This document shows positions 27,920 through 41,585 of a stretch of DNA of 64,000 bases, piece by piece. Made by a program: the position numbers and the translations under genes. Origin of the DNA: Octopus vulgaris (lineage: Eukaryota); assembly GCA_951406725.2 (NCBI GenBank), contig OX597824.1:31124001-31188000 (forward strand). Direction: 5' to 3'. Within the stretch, counting starts at the first letter, position 1, and the number at the start of each line of letters is the position of its first letter. A model generated the notes under the pieces. It made no database searches. It was given only the letters and a program-made list of their open reading frames with translations, and had not been told where the DNA came from.

Positions 27920-28025
27920 TGTATGCATGTATGTATGTATGCATGTATGTATGCATGTATGTATGTTTCAAAGTTATATAGCAAATCCTATCAATAAGAA
28001 AGTATACACTAAAGTGTAATATAGA

Positions 28026-28254
28026 ATTCTTTACTACCCACAAGGGGCTAAACACAGAGGGGACAAACAAGGACAGACAAACGGATTAAGTCGATTACAT
28101 CGACCCCAGTGCGTAACTGGTACTTATTTAATCAACCCCGAAAGGATGAAAGGCAAAGTCGACCTCGGCGGAATTTGAACTCAGACTGTAACGGCAGACG
28201 AAATACGGCTACACATTTCGCCCGGCGCACTAACCTATCTGCCAGCTCGCCGCC
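28026..28254 (-). mobile_element. tRNA-derived SINE, full length
   Basis: Minus strand GGCGGCGAGCTGGCAGA (A-box-like) and GAGTTCAAATTCC (B box); a diverged + strand relative lies at ~28528-28730. Confidence 0.9.
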
Positions 28255-28734
28255 TGTAATATAGCCATACATTTTATAGCAGTACTTAAAAGGGCAGGAA
28301 GTTAATATACCAAATGACACCGATAAACAGATATATACAAACTCAAATGCGGCAGATCACCAGAGGAGGTAATTACATACATAGATGCACACACAAACAT
28401 ACAGACACATGCATGTCCTTGCCAAAATAATAAGGTGTGTTGATATGTATGCATACATATTGATACATTATAGTATATAAAGCAGGAAATAAGAAACTTA
28501 CACAGTCCATTAACTTTGCATATAAAAGTGAACTAGCAGAAACTTTTGAGCGCTGTGCAAAGTGCTTAACGGCATTCGTCCAACTATACGTTCTGGGTTC
28601 AAATTCCGCCGCGATCAACTTTGCCGTTCGTCTGGTCGATATCGATAAAAATGTCTATTAGATGAGCACAGCAGTCGATGCAATCGTCTTAATCCCTCCC
28701 CCAAAATTCCTGGCCAAAATTTGAAACGAATACT

Positions 28735-28837
<103 letters not shown>

Positions 28838-28899
28838 CTTTTTATTTCTTTAGCGCAAATGCCTCTTAATGCGCTCGTAAAAGCTCTTATGCTTTTACA

Positions 28900-30830
28900 A
28901 CACTAATATGATTAACAGTAATAATAACAAAAAATAGTAGGAATAATGATGAGATGCAGACTAAGATAAATAACAACATTAAAAATAATAATGAAAGTAT
29001 TACCAACAATGTGAAAATTAACAATAATAAGAATATTAATATGAATAATAATATGAATTTAATTATAAATAAGAATAAAAATAACGCACCTCTAAGAACC
29101 AATATTGCTCCCGTTAAGAATGATAATATCAAACAATATAAACTAAATAAACCGTACAGAAATAACTCTTATAAAACTGATAGTAATAATAGTAAAAATA
29201 ACTATAGAAAGAAATATAATAATAATGACCATACCCTTACGCTCTACAAGAATACCGACGACAGTTGCTACACCAAAAATAATAATTTTGTTTATAATCC
29301 CTTTTGCGATGCAGCTTAAAACATAGTTCATTCTATAATGAGACATACTCAAGCACTTGAACTTAGACAACAAAAACTCAGAAATATTTAGGAATAAAAT
29401 TAGAGTAGGCCATAGCTTAACTAGCAACCTAGCTACTATGATAGCCTCGATCAACAATTTAAAGCTAGATGTCTTCTATGAAACTAGGAAAAATAACAAC
29501 AAAATATCGCAACCAATCGACAGATATAATGGCATCCATAATAACTTTCCCTCAAATAACACGGACAACGACCTTATAAATAATAACCCCGCTCAACACA
29601 ACATACGCACAGATAAGCTTAATAATCTATGTGGCTGTAGAGACAAAAGCAATTGTGAATACTCCAATATTTGCAAAACTAAAAACGTAATCTACCAATG
29701 CGATGTACTCGCAAATAATTACAAGAAATCTTATATAGGAGCAACAAAAAATGAAATGATACTTAGATACAATTCTCACTGATCTAGTTTCAGAAATAGA
29801 AGTAAAGCGAACTCTACAGGACTTAGTAATTACATTTGGGAATTGAAAAACAAACATATTAACTATAATTTAGAATGGTGTATCCTAGCCAAAACTTTCT
29901 CATATAACATTAACAATAATCTCTGTGAGCTCTGTATAAACGAAAAATTCTTCATTTTAATGGCCAAATCACCTCTACTTAACAAAAGACACAAGAAGGA
30001 TAGTTTTTGTCTGCATAAAGACTGATTCGTATTCTCAAAGTGTCGATAAACCCTATTTATCCTTTAAATATCGCTAACCCCTATTGTAAGGTTATTAGCG
30101 ACCTTACTTAACCTCTTATTACCTCCCCTTAACCGTCCTACTGATTAGCACTACTCAACTTCACTCCAAATTATAAACTAATTACTTAACTTTAAACTTA
30201 TCTTACATACTACCTTGGTTACTATTTTCCAATAATTTAATTCCATATGATAGCTAGGCTACCGATCTATTTTACAAGCTATAATTTCCCTATCGATCTT
30301 ATTGTTTATCTATGCACTCTTCAACCATTTCTATTGGTCCTTTATTTAGCCAATTTACACACTTTATCGTACATATTCTAAATATTAACTTTAGCCTTAA
30401 ACTACAGCGTCCTTTGAAAATACAGGAACTAATTTACAAACTATAAGTTAGTGTCACAAGTAACTACACCGGATATTCCCAATAGCGATAACTCTCTCAG
30501 ATTACACTGGCGGTCAACTAGCAATTAGCACCAGCTGTCAGAACCTACGGACACGTGGAATTATGAAACTAACTAATTATAAGACCATGGATTTAACTAA
30601 CTCTCTTCTCTTCTATCCTCCAACTGATATATTGAATTATGGAATTCATTAAAATGGAAGTCTTTTGAATTAACGAACTTCTTATTTTTATTTTCCTTGC
30701 TCTTCCTCACATTTTATTTCTATTGTCCGTCTATTTATCTTTGCCATATAATCGTTCCAATGATGTTTATCAATTGCAATGAGGTAAATGTAAATTTACC
30801 CCAGTTTGATATACTGAAACAGCTGTAAAC
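28900..30830 (+). mobile_element. AT-rich Penelope-like 3' remnant (GIY-YIG endonuclease and 3' region)
   Basis: CGCRDKSNC...NVIYQC...SYIGATKN..RYNSH*, LSNYIWELK, CELCINEK, LLNKR; Asn-rich linker; decayed hammerhead at 30754-30830. Confidence 0.85.
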
Positions 30831-31633
30831 ATACTCTCTTCTTAATTAAATAATGACTTTATAACACCAATGATCCACTTCTCACTGTTTATTGCTCCAT
30901 TTCTTATCGTCTTTATATATATTAAACCACAGTTTAAACATTTTCGCGCTGTATTACATAATTTTTGCATTGGATAACCCGAAACTATAGTAGGTGACGT
31001 ATTCCAAATAACCACACGTTATTCTAGAACTGATACACAGGCAATTGTGAAGCGAAATATTTAAAAACAGAGTTTCCCTGAGCATTTTATCTTATATTAG
31101 ATAAATTTGTATCAACCAACTGCGACGTCAATCTGAGCGATGGAATGTACCCCCACCGAACCTTCTTCACGCGTAATAGAAATACAGTCAGGTTTTGCAT
31201 CTGTAATATAGTGAGTTAAATAATTTCGATAACCTGAAAATATCAATGGAGCTAGCCAATAAAATTACCGTGTAGGGATTTTAAATATATAACCTATTAC
31301 TTGTTTTTCTATTTTGAACACATCTGCATAAGATTTTATAAACTAATAACACTGATAATTTTAGTTAACCATAGTTTTACAACTCGACTCTTTACATACA
31401 TGTAACCCTACTGAACGCAAAGTTAAATTGATTAATGCATTTATGTATTTCTGAGGCATCAATTCATTTTATTTTGTTAACTCATGACATTTGTAAATCA
31501 TTCGCTTCATTATTTTTCTTGCATTTAATTAAACTCTTACTAAAAATTGAACGATCTCAAGTGTAATAAGTTATGACGTTTTTTTGCCAACCTATTTTCC
31601 TCATCAGTATCACACTTTTTAAACGGCTCCTGT

Positions 31634-33856
31634 TCATACCGGGATTTTATGAAAATCCGCCCAGGGCTGTTAAACGGAAAATTCTATTTTATAAAGCTAT
31701 TTTTCGGCTTAAATTACCGCCCACCTATAATAAGCGCTCATAGGCGGTAATACAGAAGTAAAATATTTCACCTTGGATAAAAAAATATTCTCAAAAACCA
31801 TATTTATTTTATACAATTCCAATGAACTTCTATCGTTTCAGTTATCAAATATATAGACATAAAGAAACTGAAACGGCCTAAAAAGAAGTAGCATATTAAA
31901 AAATATTTTGGAGTTAACAATGGATCTATTAGGAAATATTGAAAATTAAACTATTTAAAACATGAATAGAAGCCTCGTATGAACAAATAATGTCCTTGGG
32001 CATTTATGGTAGAATAATAACCGAATAGTTACAATAACCGAATAGTTACGAATTTTTTCATTTGTTGCTTGGCCATAATTCACATCAGAGCTAATTTCAC
32101 TTGCATCTCATCTTCTTCATTTTGTGCATCTGGCACATTTACCTCAAAGCCAGACAAAACATCCTGTAAGCGTGAGTTTAAGAGGCTATATTCTACAGTC
32201 TGTCCACGAGGAGCAACTCCACAACATTCAAAAGCACGCTTTATAGATTCTTCATTTAAAGTGGCAACAGCTTGGGTTACAAAGTTCACTATCTCTTGAC
32301 AAGAAAGTTTTTTGCGATATCCTTTATTTGTATACTCCTTTTTGCCATTTGAAAATCAATTCTACCATTCAGCACGAAGGGCTTTCTTGAAAGGACCAAT
32401 AATTGATACATCTAATGGCTGCAAGTAAGATGTCTTAGGAGGTATAAGTTTGAGAATTGTATTCCTACGTTTGAACACTTCTAGGAGCTCTGTTTCTTGT
32501 GCACTGAGCATATATCCATGAATTTTGAGCATGAAATAGTTGTGCTGTTCTCTGCCCAAACACTTTGTCAGTCCACAGCTGCATTAGTTCGTATGTGACT
32601 GATCTCCTGTTGGAGACTGTTAAGCAGATATTCTTTGGGACCTTGATTTTAGGCACGTTTTCAATCCTTTAAGGAGAGTAATTCTTTTCAACACCTTTCC
32701 TGCAGCATTAACACACAACACAACAGTAAAACGAGCTTTGGTAGCACCATAGTGTCTAGCATCTACATTTTTATTGCCAACGAAGTCTATGGTTGTTGAA
32801 CTCAACATGTCAACGTGTACAGGTATTTCATCTACATTATAAAATCTGGTCAGCATCCTTATCTGCTGTCAATACTGGAATGCTATCGATTGTCACTGGT
32901 GATTTGTGCCTTTTCTCCAAGTGTTTTATTGTCTGCTTGACCAACATGTGTGATCTCTCTCACAGTCAGTTTATTCCGTTTCATGAAATTGAAAATCCAT
33001 TTATCAGAACATCTAAAGCTGTTCATTTCAATTTCAAACCTTTTTACCAATTCAAAAGTATATTCCCGTAAACGGTGATAATTTTTACAATTATATTGTT
33101 TGCACGCTGAACAACAATCCATAGTAAGAGTTCAATCTCTAGATCTCTATGTGCTGGTCCTCCACCTCCACTAATTGTTCTGCGCCTCTTCTTGTCTGAC
33201 ATATTGATTAACTCAGTTTCTTTTATGCACCATTCTCTCAATCGTTTACTATCAATACCTAAGTATCTTGACGCAGCAGATAAATTACCAGAATGTTCTT
33301 TCATTCATTTAATAGCACTGAATTTTTCACTAATGGTATATGATCGTTGAACACGTTTTGATATATTTTCTTTCGGCTCCATTATTGGGAATAAAAATTC
33401 TTTGAATTTATCTACAGACGTATTTACTCCACAAAAACTTACTGTACAATAACGTAGTGAAGCTTGCAACGAGATAATTACTAGTGACACACGTAAGGAA
33501 CATTAACAGCAAGACAGTGGTTATTCCCTGGATACGGCGTTCAATAAGAACTTGTGTTACAAATTGAGGTATTCAAGGTAAATGAGATCACGTAGCAATG
33601 ATGATAAATATAATCGGATCAGACAAGTAGCGTGGTGCAGCCGACGTCTTTCAGGTAGTAGTAATCAATCAAAGGTGTTACATTATTCCTCCGACGAAAT
33701 AAGGCTAGGTCCGAACAGAGCAAATGGACGTCTAAACACAATGCAAACAAGAACACTAACTCTGTTTCAGCTTTTAACCACAAATAACTGCCCATCCAAA
33801 TAAACGCCCATGGACGATCAAATTGATGGTCGGATTTTCGGAAAACCCTGGAATGA
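31634..33856 (-). mobile_element. pogo/Tigger-like DNA transposon, disrupted
   Basis: RSYTISEK, CSDKWIFNFMKRNKL (CENP-B HTH), NVDEIPV, LQPLDVSIIGPFK; ~30-bp imperfect TIRs near 31634 and 33826-33856. Confidence 0.88.
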
Positions 33857-36419
33857 TTCTCATATTTTGCTATTCAGTCTAGACACGTTATATCTATGCA
33901 CTTTCTAAATCCTTAATTGTATGTAGTTTACACTCACTATTTTTTCTTTTATTCAACTACATAACACCAAGAGTAGAGAGAACATTTTTAATCAAAGCCT
34001 AACTCTTTTGCTTTGGCTAAAATAAACAATTAGACATTACATAGATATTTCTACAATCTGAGACACAATATGGACAGAGATTAAGATTCTTCATAACCGC
34101 AGTAATTTTTTAATAAAGACAATAGCAGATAACTAACATTAGAATGAAGTGCTATTCATTTAACTAGATGGGTATTTTTAATAATTTGATATTAGATTCT
34201 GATAAATTACTTGAACAATACATAAAGTTTCATTCGTCGTTTTTACATCTTATAAATTGGACTAAGTTATATTGACTTTCTTTCCTGTGAAATAAAGACG
34301 TGACCTTTGCAGTCATTGAGTTACCACTAAAACTTGTGACAATAGACTATTACCAACACACAACAGTCACTTATATCCTTCCCAAACTACGGTTTTCAAT
34401 GGAAAACTAATTGAAATATCGTAACAAGGTAACTAAGCAGTATTTAAGACTCGGATCATCAAAAGCTTACATTGTTATGATATTAGCATCTTCTTTGTAT
34501 TTAGCTTTAATACACTTTACGAAATTGTAGTTTTGACATTTTTATAAGTGTAGAAATCCCACTTTAACATTTATATATTTCTCCTCGTGTAGGAAAAATG
34601 ATTGGATAACAGCAAATGAGCATAAAAGTTATTTCCATCAACCGTCTTCGCTGATTTATTGTTATCTAAGGAAGATAGACAAATGTTTTTTTCAGTTGAT
34701 CTTATATGCATTTCATATATTATTCTGAATGAGTTGACAAAAACGAGTATTTGCTGATAAGTAAAAATGATATTTATTGCTAGAATATAGATAGAAAGTT
34801 AATAGAATATTTTATTGGGTAAAAATAGCGCTTGTTAGTTTTCTCACGTAGATTTCTTAAGTGTTTATTTAGCAAGAATGTCGTTGTAATGAGATTCTTG
34901 CATGTATATCAGTATATATAAGTACAACTATGTGGCATGTATTTTCCATGACCACCATTTCATTCTTTTTACAAGAGATGTGTCACATTTGCTACAGATT
35001 GACCTTATATGCGATTTTCTATGCACAGGATCAGACTATGAAAAGAAAAGAGAGAAAAAAAGAAAAGAAAATATTAAGATAAATAATAACAACGGAAATG
35101 GAGCTAGAAAAATAAGAATCAATGAAGATAGATGAAGGCTATAGAAACCACCTATTTCCATAAAAAATAATTGTAAAATGCTGTGAAATATTTTGTCAGG
35201 TGAATAGGCTTAGCATACTATGCAAGATAGTGTGTATTAGCCGAGCAACAGAGACAAGAATTTTATGGTTATTAATGCCTAAGTATCCTATAGCATCCAT
35301 TAATACTTGCGTGCGGTAAGTGAATATGGTAAGAAAAAAGATAATTGCTTTTTACATTCAATTTGTGTTTACTACGAATACTCGTGTAAAATAAGCTAGT
35401 TCTTTCAAGAATTGTTTAGTTTTAATTCTAATATTTTAGTTTACCAACGAACCGTTTTATACTAGAATGATAGTGTACCACGGAGAAAAGCTTTCATGAT
35501 TTAACACAGCCAATGTGGTGAATTGATAATAAATATAATGTATTTTTTCTCAAGAAATAAGTACAATAAGCTGTTCTTGACCTTTGTATTGGCTGTCATA
35601 ACAAAATGCTCTATAAAATTGCATGCACATTTGGAGATTTTCAGTGAAGTCATGTCTTTAGCAATACTTTCACCTTCATTGCCACACTCAACATCAGCAC
35701 AACTCACCCGCTCCTGCTGTTTGTTTCTTTTACTCACCAAACTTAACCAATGGACATTAACTTTGCCAAGCGTCCCTTACGCACACTGACATCTCCTTTT
35801 CAATTAACTGCTTCACTTCTGGTTCAGTAACGTTACCTGGAACGTAAGGTTCCTGCTGGTGCTTGCTGTGAAAAGTATAAGGAAAATTAATAACTACGAC
35901 TTATTTGAGAAAAAAGAAATGCATTTTAACAAAGGAATTTTGTAATTGAAATAACTACATTCAGCGATTTGGGGACCATCAAACGCTGCATCGAACTGGA
36001 AGTGATAATCATTAAATGTAATAACCTAATAGAATTGTAGGATAAAAATTAAGGAAAATATGATAACCGACCGTTAAGGCATAACAATAATTAAGAGGTA
36101 ATATCTCATTTGCCGACAGAGAAAGAAGCAAAGAAATATTGAGGAATCAATTAATATCTATGACCAAATGCGACTCATAAATAAATATGACTCCAGTGTT
36201 TTTTTTTAAAGTGGGTCAAAAAAGATGTACACAAGAATACGTATAGTCATAAACTGATACTGATGTTTGGTTCCATATAATTATATTCCAGATTCAAATG
36301 GAAACACTTAATTTCCTTTTATGGATTGAATTTCAAGTTTTGGACTCACATGCAGTCAATTTATTGCTTAAACGTTGCCTATATATGAACAAAGCTTGGT
36401 CAAAATTACTTAAGAAGTA

Positions 36420-37600
36420 ACTGCGATATTTGATTTTTTCCATGTATCTATGTTAATTACCGAGAAATCACTGGTCGTATCCAATTGTAACTTTACGTTT
36501 GTGTTATTAATTTTTACATACACAAATCTCCTTTGAGGCTCATTCGTATTCTGTTTACGTGATTTTTTTCTGTTGAAGGGTATTTTAGGTTTTGTTTTAC
36601 TCTGTGATTATTTTATGACCTATCTTACCACACTTGAAGCATTTTATATTTTTAACGGACAGTTACTTTTAAAATGTAGACCACCGCATCCACAACATGG
36701 ATTCAGACTTGACATTTTTCTCTTTTTTCTTATCTGTTACCGTTCGACACGTATGGATATGAGACCAATCGTTCTCTTCAATTTTATCTGCGTCATGTCA
36801 TAGATTTATGATCCTCTGGCATTCTTCTGCTCCTATCTGTAGAGTTAAAATTTGGTCCTGTTCTAATTTTGTTAATATCCGGGAACGTGTATCTGCATCT
36901 TTGCTTGCAGTAAGCCTTTGAGCAAAAATTAAACGTTTGAACATGTCCTGGGTTGATTCATTTAATTTTAATTTTTCACACACTCTATTAACAACTCCGG
37001 TATAGGTGACGAAATTTTATTATTCTTTTTATCAATTTTAAACATTGCCAGCGAGTATTGAACAGGGAACTTCTGTCACTGAAATTTTTCGATAAAATAT
37101 TGACTGTCTCATCGAAATAAATGTCAACTGGCTTCTTAGGCAGAATATAATTACTATATTTTTTCGTGTTAGGCAGGGGATAACTTTCTTAAAAGTAGTC
37201 GTACTTTTTTCTCGTCAGACCAATTTTTATATTCTTCTCTGAAGATTTCTTCGTATCTTCGAAAATATGCAGAGAAGGTAATCCTTTCTTCTGAATTATA
37301 ACTGAATACTTCAATTGAGTTTGCTACGCTGTCTGGCGTGTACTTCTTCAGCATCAATTTCAGCGACTGTTGGTTTTGTCGTTGTTGTTGTCGTAGTTGC
37401 TGTTGCAGTTGTTGTTGTCACTTCTGGTTTTGTTGGTGTAGTTTCTGTTGTTGTTGCTGCTGTTGCCGTTGCATTTTCACCACGGTAGTCAATAAGTCCT
37501 CCGTGTTAAATGTGTTTTCTTTTGGGGGGGATTTCGTACCAAAAAACAACAAAAAAAATTTGACGCCCAACGCAAGCTTCGAACACTTGTCGCCACTTTT
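36420..37600 (-). mobile_element. Third Gypsy remnant (gag + protease)
   Basis: PBS-like TGGCGACAA on minus at ~37595; poly-Q, FSAYFRRYEEIF...KKVRLLLRKL; knuckle CCGCGGLHFKSNCP. Confidence 0.8.
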
Positions 37601-38512
37601 AAATCTTGGTGTTGGATAAATGATTTAATGAAGTAGGGGGAAAGGAATATTTACACGACGCAATACGATTACTATTGCACAAGGTTAACCGCTCTCTTTC
37701 AACGGCTCACAGTAAACTGCTTACCCATGAAATCAACAGTTCTTTATTTATAGCAATGTATCAGTCCACTTTTAATCACATGGGGTGATTGGAATCCTTC
37801 CACAACAATAAATGAAGCAAAAAATAAAGAAAAAATTCTAAAAGTAATGTGAACATTCAATATATCTTAGAAGTAAACGAGGCATCAAAATGTCCGATGT
37901 ACAACGTTCATAAAGAAACTAAATGAAGGTGATGCAGAGGTTTTATCTATCGATTGACAGATATAAGCCCTGAGTAGCAAACAATTTGTTTATTGAAAGT
38001 ATTTAAAAAAAAGTCAGTGGCTTTGGTTAGTCTCAGCTCCTTCTGGCTGACGAGACACAATATATCGAAAGACAATTGTCCCAGAAAGTCGGGTGCCAAT
38101 GAGACGAGTGTGTTGAACACAGTCTTGTATTAAAAGGGTGAACCCCATGCCATCAACTAAAGCTCCTAATACATTTGGCGTCTGAGCCTGCCTAAACGTG
38201 TTAAGTAAAAATATTAAATATTCATTACTAATGTTACATACTTGTTGTATGTGTTTTGTTTATACGCTTGTTAGCTGCAGTATTCGTCCTTTAAAATCGG
38301 TGGTTAAAAAATAACACGGAATATCTCAAACCAAGGGAAACGAACCACTCCTTAGGTGAATGAGAACAGTGGATATCTCTGTTATTTCAAGACATCGACA
38401 CCATATATCCGAGTCACTCCAAAGCGGATTCGAATCACTAGTCTGAGGTATATATGCAGGTAGCATAAAATCTGTCTGCTGATGTGTAACAGCACCCCAT
38501 AAGTAAAGCAAA

Positions 38513-38834
38513 ATTGAATTTTAAATTAGAAGCAGCCCTGACAATGTAAACATAATCAATGTCACATACTTAATGTATGTATTTTGTTGATATTCTTATT
38601 ATTCGTCCAGGAGAAAGTCCCTTTAAGACGTCGAATATTATAAGAACTTTGAATACCTCAAACCAGGAGAAGCGAACTGACCCGTACGGAAATCAGAGTT
38701 TTTGTAACATTCGACATCTTAAAGGGACTTTTCCTGGAGGAATCTCGCAGCTACTAAGCACATAAACAAAACATACATTATGTGACCTCGGTAACGTTTA
38801 CATAATTAGAGCGGCTTCTAATTTAAAATTCAAT
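38513..38834. repeat. Imperfect fold-back (~140-bp arms)
   Basis: ATTGAATTTTAAATTAGAAGC vs GCTTCTAATTTAAAATTCAAT; TCCAGGAGAAAGTCCCTTTAAGACGTCGAAT vs ATTCGACATCTTAAAGGGACTTTTCCTGGA. Confidence 0.85.
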
Positions 38835-38997
38835 GATGCAAATATTCAGTCCAGATCTCGTAGGCAGTGCATGTAAATAAAAAAAACAATTAAAATTGTT
38901 TTTTAAATGACAGTATTTAATCCCAGCACCAACTTTAGCCACTCTCTCACCTACGCTTTGTGGCAAATTGTATTGTCGTGGTTTATAAACGCTTTGC

Positions 38998-39071
38998 GAA
39001 TTCTGCTTCGCAATGATAGAAAGAGCCGACATCGAAGGATCAAAAAGCGACGTCACTGCGAACACTTGGCC

Positions 39072-39113
<42 letters not shown>

Positions 39114-39396
39114 ACGGCGGACGCATAGGTCGCCGCTGTTCGGAAACGATCGATGGGCCACACTTTCGCGGTCCGTATTCGTACTGAAAATCGAGATCTA
39201 GCGAGCTTTTGCCCTTTTGTTCAACGTGTGGTTTCCGTCCACGCTGAGCTCACCTTGGGACACCTGCGTTACCGTTTGACAGACGTACCGCCCCAGTCAA
39301 ACTCCCCAACCGACACTGTTCTCGACTAAGGGTCGCGCATCGGCTGCGTCGGCACCCGCAAAGGCGCACGACATGCACCACGCGCTTCGCACCAGA
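38998..39396 (-). pseudogene. 28S rRNA: Isolated 28S rRNA fragment (domain V / peptidyl-transferase region)
   Basis: Reverse complement of conserved LSU motifs: GAGCCGACATCGAAGGATCAAAAAGCGACGTC, CAAGCCAGTTATCCCTGTGGTAACTTTTCTGACACC, GTACCGCCCCAGTCAAACTCCCC; only ~400 bp, with substitutions. Confidence 0.95.
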
Positions 39397-39721
39397 TAAT
39401 GAACCTCCATACTATATACAAACAATCTGGATCAGCCATAAGAAAGCTTCAAGTGACACAAATTTTGACCTGAGTGCTTTATGAATGGTTATAAAAATTT
39501 ATTCCTTTGTGTAACTAGCAGGATAAATCAAAACAAACACAAACTTCTTTCATCAAACGCAAAAACTATCAGCAGCATCCCTTCCTCTCTACCAACATCA
39601 TACACTCACAAACTTCTGTTCGTCTCCATCCTAACCATGTCTCCTGTTTGCCTACACTCTTGCTACTTTTTAATTAAACTACGCTAACGGACAAAGGAAC
39701 ACCCTGCAAGGAATAATATAT

Positions 39722-41312
39722 ACAGGATGGTGCAAAAGTAGGCTAAAAGTTGTACCCTCTGTGTGAAAAGCCTAGCTGCATCCGAAAAAATATATATTAT
39801 GAAACAAAAATAAACACAAAATTTATTACACGAATCTGTTACCCCCACTGTATTGTTCCACGAAGAGTTGCATTTTTATAAATTCGCGCTGGTATATTGC
39901 GGTCTACTTGAAAGGTATTGCAAAGATCACTCACTGTTTCATTTGCGACCCCATCTTTAATTTTCTGGTAGCATAGAAGTATTGCCAGTCTATCTCTCTC
40001 ACTAATTTGTTCGTCTCGCCTGCGAGCCATCTAAAGTTAATAATGATTCTGCTAATACCACGTGTAAACATGTGTTGAACAGAACTCACTGAATAAATCT
40101 TAATTAACTGTGTTGTCAATTGTATGCACCAGACATATGCTAACGTGTATGCAGCCAGACTTTTCACACAGAGGATATATTTTTTATTGCAAAAGTAGGC
40201 TGAGTTTTTAATTTTTTTATATTTTTACATGACAATGAAGCATAATGGCGAGAAATATGACAGACGAGGAAAGAAAGTGGCTCCTAAATAATTATTGGAA
40301 ATTTGAAAATGCGGAAACAGTTCACCAGAAGTGGGCAGAAACCTTTCACACTGTGCCGCCTTCATGACAGGCGATTTACAAATGAAGACACAAATTCAAA
40401 GTGATGGGTTCAGTAAAGAACTCCATGAAATCCAGACGTCCTCGAACTGTCCCCACTAAGGCAAACTCAATGTACGTAGCATTGACATTTATGAATAGCC
40501 CTAAGAAATCTAACAGACGAGCATCGGCTGAGTTGGGCATCTCAGGAAGGCCCTCTCGGCCGTTTCATGAATACAATGAACTTCAAACCATACCGACCTA
40601 GACACCTGCAACACCTAACAGAGGATGGTCCAGATCGTCATGTGGAGTTCGCAGAAGTCATGTTGAATGAGATTCGAGAAAACCCGCAATTCGTTGACCA
40701 GATTGTTTGGTCGGATGAGGCTTGTTATCAGGTCATGTCAACCGACATAATTGTGCTTACTGGTATTACAACCCCACCACCAAACACTAATAACTAAGAT
40801 GAATTAGCCAGGTGTCACTGTTTGAGCAGATCTGTCGTGTTCAGGAATCTTTCGGCCTGTCATTTTCAACTACCTTGAAATTTTGCGCGAGGAGGTCGTG
40901 CCCGCAATGCAGACAATGCCCAACTTTGGCAATTTTATTCTCACGAGATGGGGCACCACCGCATTATGCTGTTCATGTGCGTAATTTTATCAGTGAAATG
41001 TTCCCAGGGAGGTGAATTAAGTGACGTGGGAGTATTGAATGGCCGCCCCAGATCTAACGCCCATAGATTTTTTTTTCTGAGATGTGAAAGAGAAGGTATT
41101 TCAGAGAAGACCACACACTCTGCCTCAGCTACGTGGATTCATTACAGAAGCCTGTCTGGAAATTAACACTGATCTGGACCTGTGCCGTAGTGTGGCTGAT
41201 AGACTCAAAGAATGTGTCAATGTTTGGGCTAACATTGTACAACGTTGTTTTTATTTTTTAATAATAAAATATACAACTATACAACTGTAAGCCTATTTTT
41301 GCACCACCATAT
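39722..41312 (+). mobile_element. Tc1/mariner-superfamily transposon, disrupted
   Basis: TIRs GGTGCAAAAGTAGGCT / AGCCTATTTTTGCACC flanked by TA; IVWSDEA, DGAPPHYAVHVRNF, EWPP motifs. Confidence 0.88.
39755..40175 (-). mobile_element. Short non-autonomous TIR element nested at a TA in the left end of the Tc1/mariner element
   Basis: CCTCTGTGTGAAAAGCCTAGCTGCA / TGCAGCCAGACTTTTCACACAGAGG with TA on both sides; carries an HTH-like 63-aa ORF. Confidence 0.8.
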
Positions 41313-41407
41313 ATAACGCTTTAAAAACTACAATATATACTGATCTAATAACCGCTAATAAGTTGGAACTGTGAAGTCCCTCTCAACCATTTCCTACGAA
41401 ATGTACG

Positions 41408-41521
41408 TTAAATATGTACTCCACTAAGACTTGAGTGATCCTTGAATGTAATGTGAAATTCTTTCGCTGGATAACTTGACATAAAACAACCGTTAATAAA
41501 AATACATGTGTATGTATGTGT
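41408..41521 (-). CDS. Galectin-like gene B, terminal exon (THTYTCIFINGCFMSSYPAKEFHITFKDHSSLSGVHI*)
   Basis: IFING..Y...VHI* aligns with gene A ISLNG..Y...VEIK*; nearest in-frame acceptor is (CT)n-CACACATACAG at 41522-41523. Confidence 0.65.
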   Translation of the reverse strand, partial: THTYTCIFINGCFMSSYPAKEFHITFKDHSSLSGVHI

Positions 41522-41544
41522 CTGTATGTGTGAGAGAGAGAGAG

Positions 41545-41585
<41 letters not shown>

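Noticed and set aside
28954-29319. Asn-rich ORF as a host gene
   Set aside because: Contiguous with the Penelope endonuclease remnant and interrupted by stops.
35501-35870. Minus-strand coding-looking stretch
   Set aside because: No recognisable domain or consistent splice and phase partners.
38998-39396. Functional rRNA gene
   Set aside because: Short isolated fragment with substitutions and no 18S, 5.8S or ITS context.
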